Source: an uncultured Gammaproteobacteria bacterium (lineage in GTDB: Bacteria; Pseudomonadota; Gammaproteobacteria; Xanthomonadales; Xanthomonadaceae). From it: 64,000 nt of DNA. Position numbers and translations under genes: made by a program. Shown in pieces: positions 1 to 14,338 of the stretch (within the stretch, counting starts at the first letter, position 1; each line of letters starts with the position of its first letter). The stretch lies in the NCBI GenBank assembly GCA_903942465.1, contig CAJAPA010000012.1, positions 4,636 to 68,635 on the forward strand, in the 5' to 3' direction. Below the pieces are notes generated by a model. That model was not told the DNA's origin, did no database searches, and saw only the letters and a program-made list of their open reading frames with translations.

Positions 1-1251
1 ATCGAAATCGACCGGGTTGATCACATGCACCTTGGTGCCGCGTTTGACGGCCTGATGGATGCGCTGGTGCAACAGGGGCATCTCATGGCGGATGTTGCAG
101 CCGACCAGGATGATGGATTCGGCACGTTCGATATCGGCAACGGCAGTGCCGAACACTTCGGCCACAGCCGCATCGGCGAAATCGAGCTGCTTGATGCGGT
201 GATCGATGTTACGGACCCCCATCGCGTTAGCCAGTGCCGAGAGCATGTAACCTTCTTCGTTGCTGCTGGCCGGATGCGCCAGGATGCCTGTTTCGGTGGC
301 GGATGCCGATTTCAGCACGGCAGCGGCGGTAGCCAGCGCTTCATCCCATGCGGCTACGCGCCAATGGCCGTTTTCTTTGAGCATCGGCTGGGTGGCACGA
401 TCGCTGCTGTACAGGCCTTCATGTGAATAGCGGTCGCGATCCGAGAGCCAGCATTCATTCACCGATTCGTTGTCGCGCGGCACGGCGCGCAGGACTTCGC
501 CGCGGCGGCTGTGCAGATAGAGGTTGGAACCGAGGGCATCGTGATAACCGAGCGATTCCTTGGCGGTCAGTTCCCAGGCACGGGCCTTGTAGCGGAACAC
601 CTTGTTGGTCAGTGCGCCGACGGGGCAGACATCAATGACGTTGCCGGAGATTTCACTCATCAACGGCTTGCCATCGAAGGTACCGATCTGGAGATTTTCG
701 CCACGGTAGATGCCGCCGAGTTCGTAGGTGCCGGCGATTTCCGCAGAAAAACGCACACAACGGGTGCACTGGATGCAGCGGGTCATGTCGGTAGCAACCA
801 GCGGACCCATGTCTTCATCGGGCACCACGCGTTTGCGGTCGACATAACGGCTGACCGAACGGCCGTATCCCATGGACACGTCCTGCAACTCGCATTCGCC
901 GCCCTGATCGCAGATCGGGCAATCCAGCGGATGGTTGACCAGCAGGAATTCCATCACATTGCGCTGCGCATCGAGCGCGCGTTTGCTCTGGGTGAAGACC
1001 TTCATGCCTTCCATCACCGGCGTGGCGCAGGCCGGCATCGGTTTCGGCGTCTTTTCGACATCGACCAGGCACATCCTGCAGTTGGCGGCGATCGGCAGCT
1101 TTTCGTGATAGCAGAAGCGCGGAATCGGAATCCCTGCGGCATCGGAGGCCTGGATGATCATTGAGCCTTTGGCGATCTGCACGCTCTCGCCGTTGATTTC
1201 GAGATTGACCATATCAACGGTGGTCTGCGGTTTGTCGGCGGTGGTGCTCAT
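1..1251 (-). CDS. nuoG: NADH-quinone oxidoreductase subunit G (N-terminal part; runs off the left edge)
   Basis: Not in the ORF track; translated by hand from ATG at 1251: MSTTADKPQ...[19 protein letters not shown]...[14 protein letters not shown]...[10 protein letters not shown]...CPVGAL (Fe-S motifs). ATGA overlap with nuoF stop. Confidence 0.97.
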   Translation of the reverse strand, partial: MSTTADKPQTTVDMVNLEINGESVQIAKGSMIIQASDAAGIPIPRFCYHEKLPIAANCRMCLVDVEKTPKPMPACATPVMEGMKVFTQSKRALDAQRNVMEFLLVNHPLDCPICDQGGECELQDVSMGYGRSVSRYVDRKRVVPDEDMGPLVATDMTRCIQCTRCVRFSAEIAGTYELGGIYRGENLQIGTFDGKPLMSEISGNVIDVCPVGALTNKVFRYKARAWELTAKESLGYHDALGSNLYLHSRRGEVLRAVPRDNESVNECWLSDRDRYSHEGLYSSDRATQPMLKENGHWRVAAWDEALATAAAVLKSASATETGILAHPASSNEEGYMLSALANAMGVRNIDHRIKQLDFADAAVAEVFGTAVADIERAESIILVGCNIRHEMPLLHQRIHQAVKRGTKVHVINPVDFD

Positions 1252-2561
1252 GCCGCGTTCTCCAGTTGCGCATCCACCCAGAACTGTTTGTTCTGGATGG
1301 CGTATTCGAATTCATGCCAGTAATGGCGCAGGAAGCCCTGCACCGGCCAAGCCGCGGCCTCGCCGAATGCACAGATGGTGTGGCCCTCGATCTGGCCAGC
1401 GGCGGCTTTCAGCATGGCCAGGTCGTCCATAGTCGCCTCGTGGGCGACAATGCGCGACAACACGCGGTACATCCAGCCGGTACCTTCACGACAGGGCGTG
1501 CACTGGCCGCAGCTTTCCTTGTAATAGAAGCGCGAAATGCGGTGACAGGCGCGAACCATGCAGGTGCTGTCGTCCATCACCACGACCGCACCGGAACCCA
1601 GACCCGAGCCGGCTTTCTGGATCGAATCGTAATCCATGGTGCAAGCCATCATGGTTTCGGCCGGCAGTACCGGCATCGAAGAACCACCGGGAATGACTGC
1701 TTTCAATTTACGTCCGGCACGGATGCCGCCGGCCATGGCCAGCAGCTCGCTGAACGGCGTGCCCAGACGGATTTCAAAATTGCCCGGATTGGCGACATGG
1801 CCTGACACCGAGAAGATCTTCGGGCCGCCGTTGTTGGGTTTTCCCAAATTCAGGAACCACTCCGCGCCGTTGCGGATAATGGCCGGGACCGAGGCGTAGG
1901 TTTCGGTATTGTTGATGGTGGTCGGTTTGCCGAACAGGCCGAAATTGGCCGGGAACGGCGGCTTGAAACGCGGCTGGCCTTTCTTGCCTTCCAGCGATTC
2001 CATCATCGCGGTTTCTTCACCGCAGATATAGGCGCCGGCGCCGAGAGCAGCGTACATATCGACATCGATGCCGGAGCCGAGGATGTTCTTGCCGAGCAGG
2101 CCGGCCGCATAGGCTTCCTTCAGGGCCTCTTCGAAATGCTCGAACGGTTCATGGTGGAATTCGCCGCGCAGGTAGTTGTAAGCCACGGTCGAGCCGGTGG
2201 CGTAACAGGCGATGGCCATACCCTCGATGACTGAATGCGGGTTGAAGCGCAGGATGTCGCGATCCTTGCAGGTGCCGGGTTCGGATTCATCGGAGTTGCA
2301 CAGGATGTATTTCTGGCCGGGCGCACTGCGCGGCATGAAGCTCCACTTCAGGCCGGTCGGGAAGCCCGCACCGCCGCGGCCACGAAGGCCGGACTGCTTG
2401 ACCATCTCGATGACCTGCTCCTGCGGCATTTTTTCCGCGAGGATCTTCTTCCAGGCGGTGTAGCCGTCCTGTTTCAGGTAGCTGTCCAGCGCCCACGGTT
2501 TTTCGTGATGCAGCGTGGTGTAGACAACCTGATGTGCTTGGGGTGCGGGACCGATCGCCAT
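1248..2561 (-). CDS. nuoF: NADH-quinone oxidoreductase subunit F
   Basis: [35 protein letters not shown] motifs. Confidence 0.98.
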   Translation of the reverse strand: MAIGPAPQAHQVVYTTLHHEKPWALDSYLKQDGYTAWKKILAEKMPQEQVIEMVKQSGLRGRGGAGFPTGLKWSFMPRSAPGQKYILCNSDESEPGTCKDRDILRFNPHSVIEGMAIACYATGSTVAYNYLRGEFHHEPFEHFEEALKEAYAAGLLGKNILGSGIDVDMYAALGAGAYICGEETAMMESLEGKKGQPRFKPPFPANFGLFGKPTTINNTETYASVPAIIRNGAEWFLNLGKPNNGGPKIFSVSGHVANPGNFEIRLGTPFSELLAMAGGIRAGRKLKAVIPGGSSMPVLPAETMMACTMDYDSIQKAGSGLGSGAVVVMDDSTCMVRACHRISRFYYKESCGQCTPCREGTGWMYRVLSRIVAHEATMDDLAMLKAAAGQIEGHTICAFGEAAAWPVQGFLRHYWHEFEYAIQNKQFWVDAQLENAA

Positions 2562-2571
2562 GGGGGATTCC

Positions 2572-3095
2572 TTACTTCAGGCTGTCGAACAGTTGGTCAA
2601 GGGTGTTGGGCGTGACGCGCTCGTGGTAGTGGCCGTCGATGACCACCGCCACCGCGCCGGCACAGGCGGCCACACATTCCTCTTCAACCTTGAGGGTGAT
2701 GCGGCCGTCAGCAGTGGTTTCGCCGTGCTTGCAACCCAGTTTCTTCTCGGCATGGCGCACCAGATCCTCGGCGCCGTTCAGCCAGCAGCTGATATTGGTG
2801 CAGATCGACACTTTATGGCGGCCGACCGGCTCCAGGTCGAACATCGAGTAGAAGCTGGCCACCTCGTAGGCCCAAACGGCCGGAATGTCGAGGTATTTGG
2901 CGACCGCCGCCATCAGCTCATCGGTCAGCCAGCCGCCATTCTGTTCCTGCGCAGCCATCAGGCCCTGGATCACCGCCGAGCGTTTGCGGTCGGCCGGAAA
3001 CTTGGCGACCCAATGATCGATGTGCGCGCGCGTTTCCGAATTCAGAGCGATCATCGGATCGACATGCTGGCAGGCAGCGAAATTACCGGTTGCTT

Positions 3096-3099
<4 letters not shown>
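2572..3099 (-). CDS. nuoE: NADH-quinone oxidoreductase subunit E
   Basis: CTNISC and ECVAAC 2Fe-2S ligands; position in nuo operon. Confidence 0.97.
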
Positions 3100-4351
<1,252 letters not shown>

Positions 4352-4355
<4 letters not shown>

Positions 4356-5074
4356 GATTTCACCTGGGCTTGTTCGGATTGCGCCTGCTGCCAGCGTGAG
4401 TCCTCGCGGATGGTTTTCGGAACGCCGACACGGGGCTCGATGGAGACCGGCTGGTAAATCACGCGGCCGCGCTCTTCGTCATAACGCACTTCCACGTTGC
4501 CGATCAACGGGAAGTCCTTGCGGAACGGATGGCCGACGAAACCGTAATCGGTGAGGATGCGGCGCAGATCCGGATGGCCGGTGAAGATGATGCCGAAAAG
4601 GTCGAACGCCTCGCGCTCGAACCAGGTCGCCACCGGATACACCGACACCACGGAATCGATCTGCGGCATGGCGTTGTCTTCGGCGAAACAGCGCACGCGG
4701 ATGCGGCGGTTGTGTTTGACCGAGGTCAGATGCACGACCGCGGCGAAACGATTGGCCGGACCCAGCCCTTGTGGACGCGACGCCCAGGTAAAGCGGCCGG
4801 GGCCTTCGCCCTCGACGCCGCGCGAAAAACCTTCCGAGGACACATCGGTGGTGTCCCATTCGGCTTCGCCGTACCCGAGGTAATCGATGCCGCACAGGTC
4901 GATCAGCTGCTCGAAAGCGAAATCGGAATGGTCACGCAGTTCGGTCATCACCGATTTGTAATCGGCCGGCAGGACTTCCAGCGTGATCTCGTCGTGCTGG
5001 CGGAGGATGCGTTGGGCGCGGGCACCGAAATGGGCGCTCAGCTTTTCCACGAAAGGATGGGGCAATTCAATCAT
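4352..5074 (-). CDS. nuoC: NADH-quinone oxidoreductase subunit C (not fused to D)
   Basis: [29 protein letters not shown]. Confidence 0.97.
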
Positions 5075-5083
5075 GATCCGTCC

Positions 5084-5650
5084 TCAGCGCGCGATGGTGT
5101 TGGTGCGGCGGATTTTCTTCATCAGCTGCAGTACGCCGTAAACCAGCGCTTCCGCGGTCGGCGGGCAGCCCGGCACGTACACGTCGACCGGCACGATGCG
5201 GTCGCAGCCGCGCACCACCGAGTAGGAGTAATGGTAATAGCCGCCGCCGTTGGCGCAGCTGCCCATGGAAATCACCCACTTCGGTTCCGGCATCTGGTCA
5301 TACACCTTGCGCAGGGCCGGTGCCATCTTGTTCACCAGGGTGCCGGCCACGATCATGACATCGGCCTGACGCGGCGACGGACGGAAAATCACGCCGTAGC
5401 GGTCCAGATCGAGGCGCGAGGCGCCGGCATGCATCATTTCCACGGCGCAGCAGGCCAAGCCGAAGGTCATCGGCCACATCGAGCCGGTGCGTGCCCAGTT
5501 GATCAGGGTATCGAGGTTGGTGGTGACGAAACCGCGCTCGACCAGCGGATTGTCTCCGCCGGGCCGCAGGATGTCGTCGACCGAGGCTACCGGGATCGGG
5601 TTATGCATGACCCGGGCGACGGAATCGGAAACGTTGTCGATCACTCCCAT
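5084..5650 (-). CDS. nuoB: NADH-quinone oxidoreductase subunit B
   Basis: [26 protein letters not shown]. Start reassigned to ATG 5650 (MGVIDNV); the upstream part of the 370-aa ORF overlaps nuoA. Confidence 0.97.
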   Translation of the reverse strand: MGVIDNVSDSVARVMHNPIPVASVDDILRPGGDNPLVERGFVTTNLDTLINWARTGSMWPMTFGLACCAVEMMHAGASRLDLDRYGVIFRPSPRQADVMIVAGTLVNKMAPALRKVYDQMPEPKWVISMGSCANGGGYYHYSYSVVRGCDRIVPVDVYVPGCPPTAEALVYGVLQLMKKIRRTNTIAR

Positions 5651-5997
5651 TCGAGAGCTCCTTTCTTCCATGCGTAAATGAAGCCCATCAGCAGAAGGCC
5701 GAGGAATATGCCCATCTCGACGAGGCCCATGAAACCGAGATCGCGGAACACCACGGCCCACGGAAACACGAAGGCGATTTCGAGATCGAATACGATGAAC
5801 ATGATGGCGATGAGGTAATAGCGCACATCGAACTGGATATGCGCGTCTTCGAAGGCGACGAAGCCGCACTCGTAAGGCGAGAGTTTTTCGGCGCCGGGGC
5901 GCTGCGGCCCGAGCAGGCGTCCGAGGACCATCAGGGCGATGCCGACACCGGCCGCGACCGCAAGAAACAATGCTATCGGCACATACGCATTCAGCAC
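5641..5997 (-). CDS. nuoA: NADH-quinone oxidoreductase subunit A
   Basis: [24 protein letters not shown]; likely GTG start at 5997. Confidence 0.96.
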   Translation of the reverse strand: MLNAYVPIALFLAVAAGVGIALMVLGRLLGPQRPGAEKLSPYECGFVAFEDAHIQFDVRYYLIAIMFIVFDLEIAFVFPWAVVFRDLGFMGLVEMGIFLGLLLMGFIYAWKKGALEWE

Positions 5998-6068
5998 ATG
6001 CGTCTCCTTGATTGAAGGGGGAACATCCCTGTTTTCCGGCACGCTGCGTGTTCGGGGACAGGCGCACT

Positions 6069-6098
6069 ATGATACCGCTTCGGGTGCATCCAATGCAA
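6069..6098 (-). promoter_or_regulatory. Putative sigma70 promoter of nuo operon
   Basis: Minus strand TTGCAT-N18-TATCAT upstream of nuoA. Confidence 0.5.
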
Positions 6099-6154
6099 TG
6101 AATCCGTACGGTTTTTCCCCATGAATCAATCGCAAAGTCCGATTCGCGGGCAAC

Positions 6155-6182
6155 AAAAAACGCCTGCCGGAGCAAGCGTTTT
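6155..6182 (-). terminator. Intrinsic terminator after tRNA-Leu(GAG)
   Basis: AAAACGCTTGC-TCCG-GCAGGCGTTTTTT hairpin plus U tract on minus strand. Confidence 0.8.
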
Positions 6183-6186
6183 GCGT

Positions 6187-6271
6187 TGGTGCCCAAGAGG
6201 GGACTCGAACCCCTACGCCCTAAAGCGCTACCACCTCAAGGTAGTGCGTCTACCAATTCCGCCACCTGGGC
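6187..6271 (-). tRNA. tRNA-Leu(GAG)
   Basis: GCCCAGGTGGCGGAATTGGTAGACGCACTACC-TTGAGGT-GGTAG...GTTCGAGTCCCCTCTTGGGCACCA; long variable arm; typical secG-tRNA-Leu-nuoA context. Confidence 0.97.
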
Positions 6272-6305
6272 TTGAAACTATTTTAGCATTGCGCCGTTTG
6301 GGCGC

Positions 6306-6716
6306 TTATTTTTTCTCGGGTTGCGGGTTGGCTGGCGCCGCCTGCGGCGCATCCGCCGTGGCCGGAACCGCGGTAACAGCGGCTGGAGCCGGAACGGTGG
6401 CTGACGGAGCCGTGCCCGATTCCGGGACCGCCGGCAGGCTGCTCATCACGCCGACATCGGCCGCTTCGGCCTCCGGCTTGTTGAGGTTGACCGCTTTCCA
6501 GGCCATGAACAGGGCGACGGCGAAGAATACGAAGGCCAGCCATTTGGTCGACTTGGTCAGGAAGTTGGCGGAACCGCGGGCACCGAACACGGTACCGGAA
6601 GCGCCCGCACCGAAGCCGGAACCGGCCTGGGCACCCGCACCGCGTTGCAGCAGAATCAGCACCACCATGGCCACCGCGACCAGGATGTAAACAACCGTCA
6701 GAATGGTATCAATCAT
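6306..6716 (-). CDS. secG: Preprotein translocase subunit SecG
   Basis: ILLQRGAGAQAGSGFGAGASGTVFGARGSANFLTK; start MIDTIL at 6716. Confidence 0.95.
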   Translation of the reverse strand: MIDTILTVVYILVAVAMVVLILLQRGAGAQAGSGFGAGASGTVFGARGSANFLTKSTKWLAFVFFAVALFMAWKAVNLNKPEAEAADVGVMSSLPAVPESGTAPSATVPAPAAVTAVPATADAPQAAPANPQPEKK

Positions 6717-6726
6717 AGTTAAACCG

Positions 6727-7482
6727 TTAAATTGTGCCCGCAGCGGCAGCCACGATTGCACTGAATTCCTGGGCGACCAAGGAGGCTCCGCCCACCAATC
6801 CCCCGTCGACATCGGGCTGTGCGAACAGCTCGGCGGCGTTGGAGGCCTTCACACTGCCACCGTAGAGGATCGGCAATAAGCTTGCTATTTTAGCATCAAA
6901 AGCAGCCACTTCGCCACGGATAAATGCGTGCACTTCCTGCGCCTGCTCCTTGCTGGCGGTTTTGCCGGTACCGATGGCCCAGACCGGTTCGTAGGCGATG
7001 ACCGCATCGGCGAAGGCCTGTGCCCCACCCTGGTCGAATACCGGTTTAAGCTGCTTTTCGATGACCCATTCGGTGTGTCCGGCCTCGCGCTGGTGCAGGC
7101 TCTCGCCAACGCACAGCACCGGAATCAGGCCGGCACGCTTGGCGGCCAGGAACTTCTCGGCGACCAGCTCGTTGGACTCCTGCTGGTATTGACGGCGCTC
7201 GGAGTGGCCGACCAAGACATAGCGGCAAGCGATGTCGGCCAGCATCTCGGCGGCGATATCGCCGGTAAACGCGCCCTGCACATGCACGCCGACATCCTGC
7301 GCGCCGAAAACATAGTCGGTACCGGCATAGCGGCGGATCAGGTGGTCCAGGATCGGCAGCGGCGGAATGATCAGGGTTTCCACGGCCGGGTTGAGGGAGG
7401 GGGTCAGGGTGTTGAGCAGGGCCTCGCCGAAGGCCCGGTTGCCATTGAGCTTCCAGTTCCCCGCCACGATTTTTTTCCGCAT
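6727..7482 (-). CDS. tpiA: Triosephosphate isomerase
   Basis: AGNWKLN, GHSERR, YEPVWAIGTG, LVGGAS. Confidence 0.98.
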   Translation of the reverse strand: MRKKIVAGNWKLNGNRAFGEALLNTLTPSLNPAVETLIIPPLPILDHLIRRYAGTDYVFGAQDVGVHVQGAFTGDIAAEMLADIACRYVLVGHSERRQYQQESNELVAEKFLAAKRAGLIPVLCVGESLHQREAGHTEWVIEKQLKPVFDQGGAQAFADAVIAYEPVWAIGTGKTASKEQAQEVHAFIRGEVAAFDAKIASLLPILYGGSVKASNAAELFAQPDVDGGLVGGASLVAQEFSAIVAAAAGTI

Positions 7483-7549
7483 GTCGCTCCCCTGCCCGAC
7501 GGCTTGATGCACAATGAGGAGGCCATTTTAACCTGAATGAAGCCCGACC

Positions 7550-8347
7550 ATGAAAACCGACCAATACGCCCTGATTACCGGCGCCTCCAGCGGCATCGGC
7601 GAAGCCATTGCCCGTGAATACGCACGCCGCGGCAAACCGCTGATTCTTACTGCCCGCCGCAAGGAACGGCTGGAGGCCCTGGCCGCCGAACTCGGCCAAA
7701 AGGTGCCGGTGGTAGTGCTGGCCGCCGATCTGGCCGACCCGAAAGCGCCGCAGGAGATGTTCGCAGCCATCCAGGCCGCCGGTCTGCAGGTCGACACCCT
7801 GGTCAACAATGCCGGTTACGGCGTGCCGGGCCGGTATCTGTCGGAACCCTGGGCCAGCCACCGTGATTTCCTGCAGGTGCTGATGACCGCCGTGGCCGAG
7901 CTGACCTACCTGTTCCTGCCGGCCATGGAAGCCCAGAAGCACGGCCGCATCCTGAACGTGGCATCCTTGGCCGGGCTGGTGCCGGCCTCGGCCGGGCACA
8001 CCTTGTACGGGGCCAGCAAATCCTGGCTGATCCGTTTCTCGGAATGCCTGGCCATGGAAAGCGAATCCCGCGGCGTGCACGTGACCGCGCTCTGCCCCGG
8101 CTTCACCTACACCGAATTCCACGACGTGAACGGCATGCGCGCCAATGTCTCGAAATTGCCGAAGTTCCTGTGGCTGAGCAGCGAAGAAGTGGCGGTGATC
8201 GGCATCGATGCCGTGGAAGCCGGAAAGCGGCGCGTCATCAGCGGTTTCGCCAACAAAGTCATCGCTTGGATGACCCGCTATCTGCCGGACTTCCTGAGCA
8301 ACGCGCTAGTGGGTGGTAAGGCCAAGCAGTTCCGTAATGCGGAGTGA
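7550..8347 (+). CDS. SDR family oxidoreductase
   Basis: TGASSGIG, NNAG, YGASK catalytic motif. Confidence 0.92.
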   Translation: MKTDQYALITGASSGIGEAIAREYARRGKPLILTARRKERLEALAAELGQKVPVVVLAADLADPKAPQEMFAAIQAAGLQVDTLVNNAGYGVPGRYLSEPWASHRDFLQVLMTAVAELTYLFLPAMEAQKHGRILNVASLAGLVPASAGHTLYGASKSWLIRFSECLAMESESRGVHVTALCPGFTYTEFHDVNGMRANVSKLPKFLWLSSEEVAVIGIDAVEAGKRRVISGFANKVIAWMTRYLPDFLSNALVGGKAKQFRNAE

Positions 8348-8370
8348 TCCCGGAAAGCGGAACCGAAAAC

Positions 8371-8395
8371 AAAACCCGGCTCTCGCCGGGTTTTT
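8371..8395. terminator. Bidirectional intrinsic terminator
   Basis: AAAACCCGGC-TCTC-GCCGGGTTTTT between convergent genes. Confidence 0.85.
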
Positions 8396-8397
8396 CG

Positions 8398-9333
8398 TTA
8401 CACCAGTTTGATTTCGCGCAGGCGTTCCATCAGGTACTCATGGCCAGTGATCGGCTCGGGGTAGCGGTCCGGGTTTTCCGCCGAGATGCACTGCGGCAGG
8501 GTCTGGATCAGGAAATCCGGATTCGGGTGCAGGAAAAATGGAATGGAATAGCGCGGCTTGCGCGCGTTCTCGCCCATCGGGTTGATCACCCGGTGCGTGG
8601 TGGATGGATACACATGGTTGGACAGGCGCTGCAGCATGTCACCGATGTTGACCACGATGGTGTCGGCATCGGCGGTGAAATCGATCCACTCGCCCTTGCG
8701 CGACAGCACCTGCAGGCCGGCTGCGCTGGCACCGACCAGCAAAGTAATGAAGTTGATGTCTTCATGCGCGCCGGAGCGCACGTTCGGCACATCCGGATTG
8801 GTGATTTCCGGATAGTGGATCGGACGCAGAATGGAATTGCCGTAGTGGGTCTTGTCGGCAAAGTAGTTTTCCGGAAGATCGATGTGCAGCGCGAGCGCCG
8901 ACAACACCTTGGAACCGAGCGTATCGAGTGCGCTGTATAAGCCATACAAATATTGTTTGAACTGCGGCACTTCCGTCGGCCACAGATTCTCGGCCATGAT
9001 GTCGGCGTACTGAGAATCGCGGGCGATTTCGCGGCCGACGTGCCAGAATTCCTTCAGATCGGGATACTGCGAATCCTTGGCGGTTTCGATGCCGAACGGC
9101 GTGTAGCCACGGGCGCCGCCGGTACCGGGCTGGTGATACTGAATCTTGACCGCTTCCGGCAGGGCGAAGAAATCCCGCGAAGCGTTATATGCACCTTGTA
9201 TCAGTTCGTCGGTCACGCCATGGCCGCGGATGCCGCAGAAACCCCATTCGCGGTAGGCGGCGCCCAGATCGGCGACGAAAGCCTCGCGGTCGGACTCGAA
9301 ACGGCGGATGTCTAAGGTCGGGATCTGGCTCAT
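8398..9333 (-). CDS. Isopenicillin N synthase-like 2OG-Fe(II) oxygenase
   Basis: HxD (HEDINF), distal His (THRV), RxS (RYS), DLKEF. Confidence 0.9.
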   Translation of the reverse strand: MSQIPTLDIRRFESDREAFVADLGAAYREWGFCGIRGHGVTDELIQGAYNASRDFFALPEAVKIQYHQPGTGGARGYTPFGIETAKDSQYPDLKEFWHVGREIARDSQYADIMAENLWPTEVPQFKQYLYGLYSALDTLGSKVLSALALHIDLPENYFADKTHYGNSILRPIHYPEITNPDVPNVRSGAHEDINFITLLVGASAAGLQVLSRKGEWIDFTADADTIVVNIGDMLQRLSNHVYPSTTHRVINPMGENARKPRYSIPFFLHPNPDFLIQTLPQCISAENPDRYPEPITGHEYLMERLREIKLV

Positions 9334-9399
9334 CAAAGGGGGTTCCGTGGAAATTTCTGGAAGTATAGGCCGACAGGGCTGAGCCGGCCTTGATTGGGG

Positions 9400-10743
9400 T
9401 CAAACCGCGGATTTCACCGCTGCGGATAAGGCATCGAGCACGCTCTGCATCAGCGCGGCATCCTGGGCCTCGACGGTGACGCGGACCACCGGTTCGGTAC
9501 CCGAAGCACGCAGCACCAGACGGCCCCGGCCTTCGAGTGCGCGCTCGGCATCGGCGCGAGCCGCTTGCACGGCGGCATGCTCCAGCGGTTTGGCCCCGGG
9601 CTGCAGACGGACGTTGACGGTTTTCTGCGGATACGGGGTGTAACCGGCCAGCGCCGCTTTCAGCGTGATGTTGCCGGCCATCAGCGCCTCAAGAACCTGC
9701 AGCGCCGCAACCAGCGCGTCGCCGGTGGAGGTGCGGTCGAGCACCAGCAAGTGGCCGGAGGCTTCGCCGCCGAGAACACCGCCCTGCTCGGTTAGCGCCT
9801 GATGCACGAAGCGGTCACCGACTTTGGTGCGTACGAACGGGATGCCTTTTTCGCGGCAATGCAGCTCCATCGCAACATTGGTCATCAGGGTACCGACCAC
9901 CGGCCCACGCAGACGGCCGCTGGCCTGCCAGTGATTGGCCAGGACGTAAATCAGGGCATCGCCGTCATGCAGGGTACCGTCGGCATCCACCATCTGCACG
10001 CGGTCGCCATCGCCGTCGAAGGCGATACCCAGATCGGCACCGCTTTCACGCACGAAGGCCTGCAGCGCATCGGGGTGCGTCGAACCGACGCCGTCGTTGA
10101 TGTTCAGGCCATTGGGCTGCACACCGATGCTGACCACCTCGGCGCCGAGCTCGGAAAAGACTTCCGGCGCCAAGGCGTAGGTGGCGCCGTGCGCGCAATC
10201 CAATGCGATCTTCAGGCCGCGCAGCGAGAAATTGGCCGGCACCGTGCTCTTGCAGAATTCGGCATAGCGGCTGTGCGCATCTACGATGCGTTTGGCCTTG
10301 CCGAGTTTTTCCGAAACCACGGTCGAAAGTGTTTCATCGAGCTGCGCTTCGATGGCCAGCTCCATGGCATCACTGAGCTTTTCACCGCTGGCGGAAAAGA
10401 ATTTGATGCCGTTGTCGTAATGCGGATTGTGCGATGCCGAAATCACGATGCCGGCATCGGCACGCAGCGAGGTGGTCAGATGCGCCACCGCCGGCGTCGG
10501 CACTGGGCCGAGCAGGCGCACATCGACACCGGCCGCGACCAGACCGGCTTCCAGCGCGGATTCGAACATGTAACCGGAGATGCGGGTATCTTTGCCGATC
10601 ACCACCAGCGGTTTGCCGGCCGAAGCCCGCGCCAGCACGGTGCCGGTAGCCCAGCCCAGCTTGAGCATGAAATCCGGCGAGATATGGCCTTCGCCGACCT
10701 TGCCGCGAATGCCGTCGGTGCCGAAATAGCGGCGTGCGCCCAT
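9400..10743 (-). CDS. glmM: Phosphoglucosamine mutase
   Basis: [28 protein letters not shown]. Confidence 0.97.
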   Translation of the reverse strand: MGARRYFGTDGIRGKVGEGHISPDFMLKLGWATGTVLARASAGKPLVVIGKDTRISGYMFESALEAGLVAAGVDVRLLGPVPTPAVAHLTTSLRADAGIVISASHNPHYDNGIKFFSASGEKLSDAMELAIEAQLDETLSTVVSEKLGKAKRIVDAHSRYAEFCKSTVPANFSLRGLKIALDCAHGATYALAPEVFSELGAEVVSIGVQPNGLNINDGVGSTHPDALQAFVRESGADLGIAFDGDGDRVQMVDADGTLHDGDALIYVLANHWQASGRLRGPVVGTLMTNVAMELHCREKGIPFVRTKVGDRFVHQALTEQGGVLGGEASGHLLVLDRTSTGDALVAALQVLEALMAGNITLKAALAGYTPYPQKTVNVRLQPGAKPLEHAAVQAARADAERALEGRGRLVLRASGTEPVVRVTVEAQDAALMQSVLDALSAAVKSAV

Positions 10744-10748
10744 GCCGC

Positions 10749-11624
<876 letters not shown>

Positions 11625-11672
11625 GGCATGTTTCCGTAGAGGCCAGGCGACAGTTTACTGCAAACCGGCCGC

Positions 11673-12485
11673 TCAGGCCGCATCAAGCGCCTGTCGCAGG
11701 GGTGCCAGGAAACGCCCGGCGGCCTCGGCCGCCTGCTGCGGCGTTGTGCATTCAGCCAGTGAAGCCACCAGCGCACTGCCGACGATGACGCCATCGGCGT
11801 ATTCGGCGCAGGCTTTGGCGGTGGTGGCATCTTTGATACCGAAACCGACATACACCGGCACTGCGGCGGCGGCGCGGATAGCACCCACCCGCTGGGTCAA
11901 GTCACCGGACTGTGCCAGATCTTTGCCGGTCACCCCGGCCATCGACACGTAATACAGATAGCCTTGCGCCTGTGCGCAGGCATCCGCCAGCCGTGGACCG
12001 TCGGTGGTCGGTGCCAGCAGGGTAATCAGCTGCAGACCATGTCGGTTCAGCAGCTCCCGTGCCGAGGTCGACTCTTCCGGCGGCAGATCAACGATCAACA
12101 ACGCATCGGCGCCGGCGGCAGCGGCGTGCTCGGCATACCAGGCCCAGCCGCGGCGTTCGATTGGATTCAAATAACCCATCAGCACAATCGGCGTATCGGC
12201 ATCGCGCTGGCGGAATTCGGCAACCATGGCGAAGATGGCCGGTGCATTGACGCCGCGGGCCAAGGCCCGCTCGGAACTTTTCTGGATGACCACACCGTCG
12301 GCCATCGGATCGGAGAACGGCACGCCGAGCTCGATCAGATCAGCGCCGGCTTCCACCAAGGCATGCAACACCGGCACGGTGGCATCCCAGCCCGGATCAC
12401 CGGCGGTGATGAACGGTACCAAAGCCTTGCGGCCGTTCGCGGCCAGCGCTGTCAGGCGGCGCGCAAAGCGCGAATCCGCGCTCAC
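11673..12485 (-). CDS. trpA: Tryptophan synthase alpha chain
   Basis: [27 protein letters not shown]. Confidence 0.97.
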   Translation of the reverse strand: MSADSRFARRLTALAANGRKALVPFITAGDPGWDATVPVLHALVEAGADLIELGVPFSDPMADGVVIQKSSERALARGVNAPAIFAMVAEFRQRDADTPIVLMGYLNPIERRGWAWYAEHAAAAGADALLIVDLPPEESTSARELLNRHGLQLITLLAPTTDGPRLADACAQAQGYLYYVSMAGVTGKDLAQSGDLTQRVGAIRAAAAVPVYVGFGIKDATTAKACAEYADGVIVGSALVASLAECTTPQQAAEAAGRFLAPLRQALDAA

Positions 12486-13705
12486 AGGGAAATTCCTTCA
12501 CGCTGGGCGATGGTATAGATGTCCTTGTCGCCGCGGCCGGACAGATTGACCAGCACGATGGCTTCTTTCGGTAGCGTGGCGGCAGTTTTCATCGCCTGCG
12601 CTATCGCATGCGCCGATTCCAGCGCCGCGAGAATGCCCTCGGTACGGGCCAGCAGGTGGAAGGCCTGCATGCATTCGACATCGGTGACGCCCACATACTG
12701 TGCGCGACCGGTGTCTTTCAGGAACGCATGCTCCGGGCCGACGCCGGGGTAATCCAGGCCGGCGGAAATGGAATGGGTTTCAGTAATCTGGCCGTCATCG
12801 TCGCAGATCACGTAGGTGCGGTTGCCGTGCAGCACGCCCGGCACACCGGCGGCCAGCGAAGCCGCATGCTTGCCGGTGGCCAAACCCTCACCCGCCGCCT
12901 CGGCGCCGATCAGACTTACTTCGGCATCGTTGAGGAAGGGATGGAACATGCCGATGGCATTGGAGCCGCCGCCGACACAGGCAATCACCGCATCCGGAAG
13001 GCACCCGTACTGTGCCAGCATCTGGGCCCGCGATTCGGTACCGACCACCGCGTTGAAATCACGCACCATACGCGGATACGGACTCGGGCCGGCGGCAGTG
13101 CCGATGATGTAGAAGGTGTCTTGGATGTTGGACACCCAATCGCGCATGGCTTCGTTCAGCGCGTCTTTCAGGGTTTTCGAACCGGAGGTGACCGGCACCA
13201 CCTCGGCACCCAGCAGTTTCATGCGGAATACGTTGATGGCCTGGCGCTCGATATCCACCGAGCCCATGTACACCACGCACTTCAGGCCCAGGCGTGCGGC
13301 CACGGTGGCCGAGGCCACGCCGTGCTGTCCGGCACCGGTTTCGGCGATGACCCGGGTCTTGCCCATGCGCTTGGCCAGCATGGCCTGACCGATGGTGTTG
13401 TTGATCTTGTGCGCGCCGGTGTGGTTCAGGTCCTCGCGCTTGAGCAGGATGCGCGCGCCGCCGACATGCTCGCTCAGCCGTTTGGCCTCGTAAATCGGGC
13501 TCGGCCGGCCCACGTAATGGGCGTAATCGAAGGCCAGTTCAGCCTTGAAGGCCGGATCGGCCTGGGCCGCCTCATAGGCCTGTTCCAGCTCGGCCAGCGG
13601 CGCCATCAGGGTTTCGGACACAAATCGGCCGCCGTAAACGCCGAAATGGCCGTCGGCATCGGGGTACTGGGAATAATCGAGGGGGGCGTTGGGCAGGGTA
13701 TCCAT
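12482..13705 (-). CDS. trpB: Tryptophan synthase beta chain
   Basis: [12 protein letters not shown] lysine, [19 protein letters not shown]. Confidence 0.98.
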   Translation of the reverse strand: MDTLPNAPLDYSQYPDADGHFGVYGGRFVSETLMAPLAELEQAYEAAQADPAFKAELAFDYAHYVGRPSPIYEAKRLSEHVGGARILLKREDLNHTGAHKINNTIGQAMLAKRMGKTRVIAETGAGQHGVASATVAARLGLKCVVYMGSVDIERQAINVFRMKLLGAEVVPVTSGSKTLKDALNEAMRDWVSNIQDTFYIIGTAAGPSPYPRMVRDFNAVVGTESRAQMLAQYGCLPDAVIACVGGGSNAIGMFHPFLNDAEVSLIGAEAAGEGLATGKHAASLAAGVPGVLHGNRTYVICDDDGQITETHSISAGLDYPGVGPEHAFLKDTGRAQYVGVTDVECMQAFHLLARTEGILAALESAHAIAQAMKTAATLPKEAIVLVNLSGRGDKDIYTIAQREGISL

Positions 13706-13714
13706 AGGTTTCTA

Positions 13715-14338
13715 TTATCGTTCATCCGCATGTGCAGCGCGGATGAAATCCCGCATTTTCATGGCATCTTTGACACCCGGCGCCGATTCAATCCCGCTCG
13801 ACACATCCACGGCATAAGGCTTCACGGTGGCGATGGCTTCGGCCACATTTTCAGGCGTAAGGCCGCCGGCCAGGTAAATCGGCTTATCCAGTGATTGCAG
13901 ATTTTTCCATGCGAAGCGTTCACCCTGACCACCCAACTGACCGGGCGCGTGGCCATCGAGCACGAATGCCAGTGCGCTCGGGTAAGACTTTTGTCGCACT
14001 GCGATATCGCCGGCGCCCTCGCCCATCGCCATCGCCTTGATGAACGGCATTCCGAACTGCGCACAGAATACGTCGGCTTCATCGCCATGAAATTGCAGCA
14101 GACTCGGTTGCAGCGCTTGGATGACCGCTCGCACGGTGTCGGCATCCGGGTTTACAAATAAAGCGACCAGATCGATATGCTTCGGAACGGCTGCGCACAG
14201 GGCTGGCATAGCTTCCAGCGTTACATGACGCTTGCTACCCGGAACATGCACCACACCGATGGCGTGCACACCGAGTGCGGCGGCAAGCGCAGCGTCCTCG
14301 GCGCGTGTGAAGCCGCAGAATTTGATGCGCACGCTCAT
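13715..14338 (-). CDS. trpF: Phosphoribosylanthranilate isomerase
   Basis: [24 protein letters not shown]; start MSVRIK at 14338 with ATGA overlap on truA. Confidence 0.95.
   Translation of the reverse strand: MSVRIKFCGFTRAEDAALAAALGVHAIGVVHVPGSKRHVTLEAMPALCAAVPKHIDLVALFVNPDADTVRAVIQALQPSLLQFHGDEADVFCAQFGMPFIKAMAMGEGAGDIAVRQKSYPSALAFVLDGHAPGQLGGQGERFAWKNLQSLDKPIYLAGGLTPENVAEAIATVKPYAVDVSSGIESAPGVKDAMKMRDFIRAAHADER

Noticed and set aside
5651-6196. N-terminal extension of the 370-aa nuoB ORF
   Set aside because: It overlaps nuoA, the terminator and the tRNA in another frame; the true NuoB starts at 5650.
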